DNA of 64,000 bases, from NCBI GenBank assembly GCA_052279835.1, contig CP181291.1, positions 608,001 through 672,000 on the forward strand, written 5' to 3'. The position numbers and the translations under genes were made by a program. The notes below the pieces were generated by a model. That model searched no databases. It was not told the DNA's origin and worked only from the letters and a program-made list of their open reading frames with translations. The stretch is from Microcoleus sp. (GTDB lineage: Bacteria; Cyanobacteriota; Cyanobacteriia; Cyanobacteriales; Microcoleaceae). Numbering within the stretch: the stretch's first letter is position 1; each line of letters opens with the position of its first letter. Shown here piece after piece: positions 19,316 through 28,111 of this stretch.

Positions 19316-21567
19316 GCGATGGTCTCCGCTGCCAGAGTGAAATAAAACGTACTGCCTTGACCAGGGGTAGATTCAAGCCAAATCCTGCCCCCGTGCCGCT
19401 CCACAATTTTGCGGGCAATCGTTAACCCTACCCCTGTGCCGCCACCGAAGTCATCTCGTCCATGCAAGCGACGAAAAATCTGAAAGATTTTGTCGAGATG
19501 CTGCTGCAATATCCCAATGCCATTATCACGCACGTAGAAGGTCAGGGGGTAAAGGTCAGAATTTTCTTCATTCCCGGAGATGAAACCAATTTCGATCCAC
19601 TTGGATGCTTTGTCGTTGTATTTAATCGCGTTGCTGATCAAGTTGGTCAAGAGTTCATTCACCTGAGCCAGATCGCCCTTAATGGTGGGCAATGGTTGGG
19701 GAATCCGAAACTCGATTGCGTTTTCTGGGCGGGCAATAGTCAGGGTGGCGATCGTCTGATGCACCAACTCATCCAAATTCACCGTTTGCCGCATCAGTTC
19801 GGTGCGACCTAACCGCGAGAAATAGAGGAGTGAATTGATCAGGTCTTCCATCCGCTGAGTCAGCCGCACCATAGTTTGCAGTTTCGCAACCCCATCGTCG
19901 TCGAGCACTTCTTCATAGTCCTCCATCAAGAAATTGGCGTAGTTGTGAATGCCCCGCAGCGGCTCTTTCAGATCGTGGGAGGCAATGTAGGCAAACGAGT
20001 CAAGGTCTTCATTGCTCCGCTGCAATTCAAAGTTCATCAATGACAGTTCATCTGCTTGCCGCAACACCACACCCACAATCAGGCTTCGCAGTTCAGCCAC
20101 GGCTTCAATTTCACAGGGTTTCCAGGGCAGAGCACAGCCTTGCACCGTTTCTTGCCACAAGTCAAAGGATAGTCGCGGAGACATCCGCAAACTGCCATCC
20201 ACCGAAACTTCTACAGGCTTGTTAGGGTTGCCGCCCCAATTCACGGTTTGCATCACCTCGGGACGAAACCAGAGAATGTAATTGCGGTGAACTTTAGAAA
20301 TTTCTAGAGCTAACACGCCACTGGCGATCGCCTTAAACGATTCGGCAGCAGGATAGTGTTTAGAGAGCGATCGGGTTTCAAACAAGCTGTGATGCAATTG
20401 AGGTTTAATCCAATCGAGTAAGGCGTGAACTGCTTCCTCTGATGGCGAAACGCCCACTTGAACATACTGGTTGCCAATGCAAATCACCACTCCGGTGGCA
20501 TTTACCAGATTCAGTAGTTGAGATTTCAGTTGCACCATTCCATCCAGCAAATTCTCAGCCTGAGACAATGCCTCGACAAATTGAGTTTGCAAAGACTTCA
20601 ATTGCATTTTGTAGTCAATGTCCTCGCTGGCTGCTTTGTTCGTTAGCTCCACAGACATCACCTGCCCAATAAACTCGCAAACAGTGCGGATATTGTAAGG
20701 AACATATTTAGGCGACAAATGATGGCAGGCGATCAATCCCCAGAGCTTTTGATCGTGCATTAGAGAAATGGACATAGAAGCATCCACGCCCATATTTTGC
20801 AGGTACTCTAGATGAAGTGGCGACACACTTCGCAACACCGACAAACTCAAATCGAGCGGTTGATTAGTCAAGGGATTGGTAGCTGGAATTAACGTAACGG
20901 GCTGGTAGCTGGTAGTTGGAATCAGCCGCAGCCAGTTGAGCGTATAGAGATGTCTGGCTTGCTTAGGAATGTCAGAGGCTGGGTAGTGCAAATTCAGGTA
21001 GGACGTTTCTTGATTGGTGTCTTCAGCAATGACACTGCCTGCCCCGTCTGGAGCGAATCGGTAAACCATGACGCGATCGAAGCCAGTGATCCGCCGGACT
21101 TCCTTAACCACTATCTGGGACATATCCAGCAACGTGGGTGCTTTTTGAATCCGAGTAATTGTTCCTTTTACCTGTTGATAAAATTCAAAAAAGTCTGTTT
21201 TTCTCTTCGCTTTTTTCGGCTCCAATTCTAGTACAATGGCAGCCTCTAAACGATGCACAATCCCATCAAAATAGATCGATTTATTCAGCGACTTGATCGA
21301 CAGGTTGAGGGGATTGATGTGCTCAAAATCCTCTGCCAGACATTGTTGAATCAGCTTAATCTGCTTGGCATCCAGTAAGTCTGACAGCGGCTGGCCCAGC
21401 AAATCCTCCGGTTGGCGACCCATGACTGCTTCGGTATTGCGGCTCACCTGAACGATTTCTAGGGTGGGATTCTGCAAAACCAGCAAAACCCCGTGCGGCT
21501 GAATCAGCCCTGGAATATGAATCGGTTCGCGATCGCAGTTAGTCAAATCAATTGTCACATCAGTCAT
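19312..21567 (-). CDS. cphB: Bacteriophytochrome-type photoreceptor kinase (PAS-GAF-PHY-HK), CphB/AphB type
   Basis: LTNCDREPIHIPG with N-terminal Cys, HYPASDIP, RSVSPLHLEYL (Leu where Cph1 has the GAF Cys), PRLSF tongue, ASHDLKEPLR. Confidence 0.93.
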   Translation of the reverse strand: MTDVTIDLTNCDREPIHIPGLIQPHGVLLVLQNPTLEIVQVSRNTEAVMGRQPEDLLGQPLSDLLDAKQIKLIQQCLAEDFEHINPLNLSIKSLNKSIYFDGIVHRLEAAIVLELEPKKAKRKTDFFEFYQQVKGTITRIQKAPTLLDMSQIVVKEVRRITGFDRVMVYRFAPDGAGSVIAEDTNQETSYLNLHYPASDIPKQARHLYTLNWLRLIPTTSYQPVTLIPATNPLTNQPLDLSLSVLRSVSPLHLEYLQNMGVDASMSISLMHDQKLWGLIACHHLSPKYVPYNIRTVCEFIGQVMSVELTNKAASEDIDYKMQLKSLQTQFVEALSQAENLLDGMVQLKSQLLNLVNATGVVICIGNQYVQVGVSPSEEAVHALLDWIKPQLHHSLFETRSLSKHYPAAESFKAIASGVLALEISKVHRNYILWFRPEVMQTVNWGGNPNKPVEVSVDGSLRMSPRLSFDLWQETVQGCALPWKPCEIEAVAELRSLIVGVVLRQADELSLMNFELQRSNEDLDSFAYIASHDLKEPLRGIHNYANFLMEDYEEVLDDDGVAKLQTMVRLTQRMEDLINSLLYFSRLGRTELMRQTVNLDELVHQTIATLTIARPENAIEFRIPQPLPTIKGDLAQVNELLTNLISNAIKYNDKASKWIEIGFISGNEENSDLYPLTFYVRDNGIGILQQHLDKIFQIFRRLHGRDDFGGGTGVGLTIARKIVERHGGRIWLESTPGQGSTFYFTLAAETIA

Positions 21568-21706
21568 GCTCAGGCTCTCGAACTCCTTATTCTTTTGATT
21601 GTGATTGTTTTGATGGCGCGGCCCGTGGAAATCGCGATCGAGTAAATACAGTGTATCGCAGGTTTATAAAGTAAGGACTTCATCAACCTGCAATACGGGA
21701 GCATCC

Positions 21707-21851
21707 CAGGGCTGTTTCATTCTCAAGAAAACGATGCTTTTGTAGGGGTAGTGCCAAGAATGCCTACCCTCCCCATCCACAATTTTGTAAGTGTTTCAGA
21801 GATTGGGGCAGCCACGGGGGGCGGCCCCTACAAGAGAATGAAACAGCCCTG
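21707..21851. mobile_element. MITE-like element with 18-bp perfect terminal inverted repeats enclosing a REP doublet
   Basis: CAGGGCTGTTTCATTCTC (21707-21724) and GAGAATGAAACAGCCCTG (21834-21851); inside TGTAGGGG...CCCCTACA. Confidence 0.75.
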
Positions 21852-21971
21852 CGTTGGGGGGGGTGCGGAATCTGGGTTGAAACAGCCGATCGACCTCCAA
21901 AATTTGAGATAAGTTATAGGTTATGGGTCAGAGCCGGTTTTATTCTATTGATTGTCTGTAAATCGCACCTT

Positions 21972-24782
21972 ATGCTCTGGAATTTTTTAAATAACCTGTT
22001 ATTCACCGGGAAGTATATTCCTCATGGCCACTGTTACCTGTGGCAGCGAGATTTAGTTGGACTCCACATAGTCTCTGATTCGCTGATTGCCTTCGCCTAT
22101 TACTCCATACCTCTATCGCTGCTTTATTTTGTCCACCAGCGACAAGACTTGCCCTTTCGTAACATTTTTTGGCTGTTTGGAGCCTTTATTATCTCCTGCG
22201 GCACTACTCATGTGATGGCAGTTTGGACGCTGTGGTATCCTGTTTATTGGCTGTTTGGCATCTTGAAACTGATTACCGCAGCTATTTCTGTTTACACCGC
22301 TTTCATATTAATTCCTTTAATTCCCCAAGCATTAGCTCTCCCCAGTCCCACTCAATTAGAGATAATTAATCACAGACTGGGAATAGAAATAGCTGAACGT
22401 CGAAAAAGTGAAGCTAGGTATCAAATTTTAGCTGAAGTTTCGCCGGTGGGAATATTTTATACTGATACTTTAGGAAATTGTTTATACGTCAACGAACGCT
22501 GGTGTCAAATTGCTGGAATTAGCTGCGAAGAAGCTTTCGGAACAGGGTGGGTGAAAAGTATTCATGCTGACGACCGTCAGCGCGTTTTTAGTGAATGGTA
22601 TCGGGCTGCCCAGGAGAAATTGCCCTTTAAATCTGAGTACCGTTTTCAAAATCTTGATAACGATAGTGTCCGGTGGGTATTTGGTCAAGCTGTCGGGCAA
22701 ATCGACGAGAATGGGGAGGTTAAAGGTTATGTTGGTACTATTACCGATCTTACAGAACGCAAGCAAGTAGAAGAGGAAAATCGACTGCTAAATGAAAGTT
22801 TGGAGCGTCGAGTTGCTCAGCGCACTAATGAGATAGAAATTGCCAACAAACAATTGCAAATAGAAATCGCAGAACGTCAACAAATATCTACAGCTTTGTT
22901 GGAATTAACCCAACTACAAAAGGCGATTCTTAACAGTGCTAATTACACAATTATTTCCACAGATGCCGACGGTGTAATTAAAACATTTAATCGGGCAGCT
23001 CAGCAACTTTTAGGCTATTCCCTAGAGGAAGTTGTGGGTAAATTAACACCAGCAATAATTCACGATCCTGTGGAGGTGGAGCAGAGAGCTGAAGTTCTTT
23101 CTCAAGAATTGGGAGTAAAAATAGAGCCGGGATTTGAGGTTTTTGTGACCTTGCCCATTCGGGGAATAGCTGACGAGAATGAATGGACTTATATTCGCAA
23201 AGACGGTTCGCGGTTTCCGGTGCTGCTATCGGTTACTGCTTTATCAGACAGCCAGGGAAATATTAACGGTTTTTTGGGCATTGGTCAGGATATTACTGCA
23301 CGCAAGCAAGCTGAAAAAGAGGTGCGGGAACTGAATACTGCTATGCAAAATGCCGTGGAAGGTATTGGGAGGGTGGATACTGAGGGACGCTACTTGAGTG
23401 TTAACCGCGCTTACGCTCATAAATTTGGCTACGAACCCGAAGAAATGATTGGGATGGCATGGAACCAGATTGTACATCCTGACGATGTTGAGATGTTGAT
23501 GTTAGCCGATCGGGAAATGCGAATTTCTGGCAAAGTAGAAGTTGAATCTAGAGGTGTGCGGAAAGATGGCTTGTTTTTTTACAACCAAATCACGATAGTA
23601 AAAGCTGAGGACGAAGAAGGTATCTTTAACGGACACCACTGTTTTATGAAAGATATCACTGAGCGGAAACTAACGGAAAGAGCGTTACAGGAAAGTGAAT
23701 TTCGATACAGACAAATAGTGGAATTAGCTGAAGAAGGTATTTGGGTAATTGACAGCAATGCTCGCACCACTTACGTCAACCACGCTATGGCGCGAATGCT
23801 CGGCTATGAAGAATTAGAAATGTTGGGAAGGCCGCTTTTTGATTTCATGGACGAACAGGAACAACAGCTAACTAGCCTATATATGGAGCGGCGCAAACAG
23901 GGAATTAGTGAAAAACACGAATCTAAGCTTAAGAGTAAGGATGGTAAAGATGTTTGGACTTATATTTCTACCAGTCCAGTTATGGATGAATTGGGTTGTA
24001 TGCTGTCTTCCTGTGCCTTGGTTTACAATATTACAGACCGCAAAGAAGTAGAGCAGCAAATGCTGCAAATTACAGAAGATTTGAAGCGTTCTAACGAGGA
24101 ATTAGAACAATTTGCTTATGTGGCTTCCCACGATTTACAAGAACCTCTAAGAGCTGTTACCAGTTACACTCAATTATTGGCCCAGCGCTATCAAGGTAAT
24201 TTGGATGCTAAAGCAGATAAATATATTAATCATATTGTTGATGGTGCCTCCCGAATGCAACAATTAATTAATGATTTGTTAGCTTATTCGAGATTGGGAA
24301 CTAGGGCTCAGGAATTAGAGATTGCTGACTGCAACGCTGCGGTGGAGCAAAGTTTGTGCAATTTGCAAATTGCGATCGCCGAAAAGCAAGCTATTATTAC
24401 CAAGGATGTGATGCCCACGGTGATGGCAGATGAATTTCAACTGGTGCAATTATTCCAAAATTTGATCGGTAATGCCATCAAATTCTGCCGCGAAGATGTC
24501 CCTATAATTCATATTGCTGCTATTATACAAGATGATGAATGGCTGTTCAGTGTCCGCGATAACGGGATTGGCATCGATCCAGAGTATGCCGATCGCATTT
24601 TTATCATTTTTGGGCGCTTGCACTCCCGTCGCGAATATTTAGGTACTGGCATAGGTTTGGCAATGTGTAAGCGAATTGTTGAACGCCACGGCGGACGGAT
24701 CTGGGTTGAGTCTTTGCCGGAAGAAGGCGCTACTTTTTACTTTACTATTCCGATCGTTAACAGTTGCAACATCAAATTTTGA
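21972..24782 (+). CDS. Ethylene-receptor-like histidine kinase: 3-TM ethylene-binding domain - 4xPAS - HisKA - HATPase
   Basis: SDSLIAFAYYSIP and FGAFIISCGTTH match ETR1 D25/Y32/I35/P36/I62/C65/H69 spacing; four PAS/PAC; ASHDLQEPLR. Confidence 0.88.
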   Translation: MLWNFLNNLLFTGKYIPHGHCYLWQRDLVGLHIVSDSLIAFAYYSIPLSLLYFVHQRQDLPFRNIFWLFGAFIISCGTTHVMAVWTLWYPVYWLFGILKLITAAISVYTAFILIPLIPQALALPSPTQLEIINHRLGIEIAERRKSEARYQILAEVSPVGIFYTDTLGNCLYVNERWCQIAGISCEEAFGTGWVKSIHADDRQRVFSEWYRAAQEKLPFKSEYRFQNLDNDSVRWVFGQAVGQIDENGEVKGYVGTITDLTERKQVEEENRLLNESLERRVAQRTNEIEIANKQLQIEIAERQQISTALLELTQLQKAILNSANYTIISTDADGVIKTFNRAAQQLLGYSLEEVVGKLTPAIIHDPVEVEQRAEVLSQELGVKIEPGFEVFVTLPIRGIADENEWTYIRKDGSRFPVLLSVTALSDSQGNINGFLGIGQDITARKQAEKEVRELNTAMQNAVEGIGRVDTEGRYLSVNRAYAHKFGYEPEEMIGMAWNQIVHPDDVEMLMLADREMRISGKVEVESRGVRKDGLFFYNQITIVKAEDEEGIFNGHHCFMKDITERKLTERALQESEFRYRQIVELAEEGIWVIDSNARTTYVNHAMARMLGYEELEMLGRPLFDFMDEQEQQLTSLYMERRKQGISEKHESKLKSKDGKDVWTYISTSPVMDELGCMLSSCALVYNITDRKEVEQQMLQITEDLKRSNEELEQFAYVASHDLQEPLRAVTSYTQLLAQRYQGNLDAKADKYINHIVDGASRMQQLINDLLAYSRLGTRAQELEIADCNAAVEQSLCNLQIAIAEKQAIITKDVMPTVMADEFQLVQLFQNLIGNAIKFCREDVPIIHIAAIIQDDEWLFSVRDNGIGIDPEYADRIFIIFGRLHSRREYLGTGIGLAMCKRIVERHGGRIWVESLPEEGATFYFTIPIVNSCNIKF

Positions 24783-24818
24783 ATATTTTTTTTAGATCGT
24801 CATCAGGATAAGCAAATT

Positions 24819-25265
24819 ATGACTCCTCATACCCAAGTTAAACCCATAGAAATTTTGTTGGTTGAAGATTCTCCCAGTGATGCTGACTTGGCAATGGAAG
24901 CCCTCAGCAACGGTAAAATTTTAAATAACTTGCATTTTGTCGAAGATGGAGTAGAAGCCATCAATTTTTTACGAAAAAAAGCACCTTACAAGGAAGTACC
25001 GCGTCCCGACTTAATTTTGCTGGATTTGAATTTGCCTAAAAAAAGCGGTGTAGAAGTCCTGAAAGAAATTAAGACAGACCCAAATTTAAAACTGATTCCA
25101 GTATTGATTCTCACCACTTCAGCAGCCCAAGAGGATATTATCAAGTCCTACTCGCTCCATGCCAACTGTTATATTACAAAACCAGTAGATTTCTTACAAT
25201 TTACTAAGGTAGTTAGGTTAATTGAGGAGTTCTGGCTAGCAGTAGTCAAACTTCCTATCGTTTAA
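24819..25265 (+). CDS. Rcp1-type single-domain response regulator
   Basis: ILLVEDSPSD, ILLDLNLPKKSG, LTTS, ANCYITKP. Confidence 0.92.
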   Translation: MTPHTQVKPIEILLVEDSPSDADLAMEALSNGKILNNLHFVEDGVEAINFLRKKAPYKEVPRPDLILLDLNLPKKSGVEVLKEIKTDPNLKLIPVLILTTSAAQEDIIKSYSLHANCYITKPVDFLQFTKVVRLIEEFWLAVVKLPIV

Positions 25266-25400
25266 TGGATAGAATAGTTATCGGGGTGGTGTAGACCCTT
25301 GCCAAACTCTATTTTTCAAGTTACAAATAGAAGGAGAAAGCAAAATAGTTTAAGATCGTATTTGCCCCGTGGCAATCTGAGGATAAATAACATCAAAGCT

Positions 25401-26909
25401 ATGTGGATTAAGATTCTGTTGGTAGAAGACAATCCGACTGACGCTGATTTGCTTGCAGAACTGTTAGAAGCATCTGTAGGAGTGGAGTGGGAACTGGTGT
25501 GCGTTGAGTTCCTACACTCGGCGATCGCACATCTGAGCAAACAATCTTTCGATCTAGTTTTGCTCGACCTTTCTTTGCCCGATAGCCACGGTTTGGAAAC
25601 CCTAACTCGCTTGCGAGAAGTGGCACCGGATACGGCAGTGGTGGTAATGACAGGGTGGGATGATGAGGCCGTTGGACTCAAGTCTGTGCGCTTGGGCGCT
25701 CAAGATTACATAGTCAAAGGTCAAATTACTACTCAATTGTTAGTGCGCACAATCCGTTACGCTATTGAACGTTCCCAAACTTTTCAAATGCTCAGGGAAA
25801 GCGAGCGACGTTTTCGGGCAATTTTTGACTCCTCATTTCAACTGACAAAGCTACTAACTCCCGATGGAATTGTGCTGGAAGTTAACGAAACAGCTCTGGA
25901 GTTTACAGGAATGCGATCGCAAAATATTGTGGGCTACCCCATTTGGGAACAGCCGATTTGGCAACAGTCACCCAATGCTAAAGAACAATTAAAAGAAGGA
26001 ATCACCAAAGCTGCTGGCGGCGAATTTTTTCGCAAAGAAATAGACTTGTTAGGAAAAGGCGACCAAATTGTGACGGTTGATTTCTCCATCAAGCCAGTCA
26101 AAAATGACACAGGACAAGTTTTGCTGCTGATTGCTGAAGGACGGGATATTAGCGATCGCAAGCGAGCTGAAGCCGAAATTCTCAAAACCCTGGCACGAGA
26201 AAAGGAACTTTCAGAACTCAGAGCTAAATTTGTGAGCATGGTTTCCCATGAGTTTCGCACCCCCCTGACAACTATCCAATTTTCCGCTGGATTGCTACAA
26301 GATTACAGCTCAAATTGGTCGAGCGAGAAAAAATCGACTCATTTTGTGCGGATTCAACTAGCGATTCAACGCATGACAGAGTTATTAGAAGATATCCTAG
26401 TAGTAGGTAAAATCGAAGCCAATACACTACAGTTTCAACCAGTTTCCTTAAACCTGGAAAAATTTTGCCGTCAGATTATAGAAGAACAACAACTCAATGA
26501 TAGCAACCAACACCCCATCGCCTTGATTGTCTCCGGCGACAACACCAAAGCTCAAATGGATGAAAAACTACTCAGGCAAATATTGGGAAATTTACTCTCA
26601 AATGCCCTCAAGTATTCTCCAGCCGGAACCTCAGTAGATTTACACCTAAAAACTCAAAATGGAGAAGTTATTTTTCAAATTCAAGACCGAGGAATCGGGA
26701 TTCCCAAATCCGATCAAAAGCGAATTTGGGAAACATTTTATCGCGCTACAAATGTGGGCAATATTTCGGGAACAGGTCTCGGTTTAGCAATTGTCAAAAG
26801 AGCTGTAGAACTCCACGGTGGACAGATTTCCATGCACAGTCAAAAAGGGAAAGGTACAACTTTAAAAATCACCCTACCTTTAATTTGTAATTCTGCCCAA
26901 AATAGCTAA
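25401..26909 (+). CDS. REC-PAS-histidine kinase
   Basis: ILLVEDNP, LLDLSLPD, VSHEFRTPL, GTGLGL; ATG 25401 preferred. Confidence 0.92.
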   Translation: MWIKILLVEDNPTDADLLAELLEASVGVEWELVCVEFLHSAIAHLSKQSFDLVLLDLSLPDSHGLETLTRLREVAPDTAVVVMTGWDDEAVGLKSVRLGAQDYIVKGQITTQLLVRTIRYAIERSQTFQMLRESERRFRAIFDSSFQLTKLLTPDGIVLEVNETALEFTGMRSQNIVGYPIWEQPIWQQSPNAKEQLKEGITKAAGGEFFRKEIDLLGKGDQIVTVDFSIKPVKNDTGQVLLLIAEGRDISDRKRAEAEILKTLAREKELSELRAKFVSMVSHEFRTPLTTIQFSAGLLQDYSSNWSSEKKSTHFVRIQLAIQRMTELLEDILVVGKIEANTLQFQPVSLNLEKFCRQIIEEQQLNDSNQHPIALIVSGDNTKAQMDEKLLRQILGNLLSNALKYSPAGTSVDLHLKTQNGEVIFQIQDRGIGIPKSDQKRIWETFYRATNVGNISGTGLGLAIVKRAVELHGGQISMHSQKGKGTTLKITLPLICNSAQNS

Positions 26910-27000
26910 TTACTCCGTGGTAAAAATCTTCAAAAAACACACAATTTAAAAACCGGATAAATTCAGAAATTAACTACAATAAATCACCGCATAAATAACT

Positions 27001-28089
27001 ATGGCAAAAATTTTGGTAATTGAAGACGAAGCAGCGATTAGAGAAAATATTTTAGACTTGCTAGAAGCCGAGAATTTTGTATCCCTAGGAGCTGCTAACG
27101 GCAAAGTCGGTATCAAAATGGCGCTCGAACATATGCCGGACTTAATTTTGTGCGACATGATGATGCCAGAAATTGACGGTCACGGTGTCCTCAAAGCATT
27201 GCGAGCAGAGCCTTTAACTACAACAATTCCGTTTATTTTTCTCACAGCCAAAGCTGAAAAAACAGACATTCGCCTAGGGATGGAACTGGGAGCTGACGAT
27301 TACATAACCAAACCTTGTACGCCACAACAACTGCTAAAAGCTGTTGCGATTAGACTGGAAAAACACAAAGCAATTAGCAGTCAATCCCAAAAAAAACTTG
27401 ACGATTTACGTTCCAATATTAGTACGTCCTTACCTCACGAATTGCGCACTCCTTTGAATGCAATTCTCGGTTTTTCTGAACTGATATTGTCGGAATATAA
27501 GGTTTTTGAGGAATCGGATATTTTAGAAATGATCGGTCACATCCAAATTTCCGGCCATCGCTTGTACCGACTAATTCAGAATTTTTTGCTATATACAGAT
27601 CTGGAAATAGCAGCAACCAATCCCGAATTAATTAAGGAGATGCGAAACAGCAAATTTAGCTGCGTAGAATCTTTGCTATCGGAAAAAGCGCGCCAGCAAG
27701 CAAAGCTGGCTAATAGAATAGACGATTTAAAATTAAGCTTGCAAAATTCATCGGTAGCAATAGATTCTGTGAAGCTGACAAAAGTTCTTGAGGAACTCCT
27801 GGACAATGCGTTCAAATTTTCTTCCGAAGGAACACCAGTTTTGGTGAGTGTTTGGGTGGAAAATCAGAAGTTCATTCTGTCGGTGAAAGACGAAGGACGG
27901 GGTATGACTTCCGAGCAAATTTCACAAATCGAAGCTTATATGCAATTCGAGCGCCAACTTTACCAACAAGCAGGTTTGGGATTAGGTTTGGCAATTGTGA
28001 AACGGATTACAGAATTACATGGCGGAAACTTAAAAATAGAAAGTTCCCCGAATTTATCAACCATAGTCTCTGTATGTCTGCCCGTTTAA
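27001..28089 (+). CDS. REC-histidine kinase
   Basis: ILVIEDE, LCDMMMP, DDYITKP, LPHELRTPL, DNAFKF, GLGLGL. Confidence 0.92.
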   Translation: MAKILVIEDEAAIRENILDLLEAENFVSLGAANGKVGIKMALEHMPDLILCDMMMPEIDGHGVLKALRAEPLTTTIPFIFLTAKAEKTDIRLGMELGADDYITKPCTPQQLLKAVAIRLEKHKAISSQSQKKLDDLRSNISTSLPHELRTPLNAILGFSELILSEYKVFEESDILEMIGHIQISGHRLYRLIQNFLLYTDLEIAATNPELIKEMRNSKFSCVESLLSEKARQQAKLANRIDDLKLSLQNSSVAIDSVKLTKVLEELLDNAFKFSSEGTPVLVSVWVENQKFILSVKDEGRGMTSEQISQIEAYMQFERQLYQQAGLGLGLAIVKRITELHGGNLKIESSPNLSTIVSVCLPV

Positions 28090-28111
28090 ATAGAATACAG
28101 CCTTGCTTGAG

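Noticed and set aside
19312..21567. Calling the phytochrome Cph1/CphA
   Set aside because: The GAF chromophore Cys is replaced by Leu and the N-terminal BV-type Cys is present.
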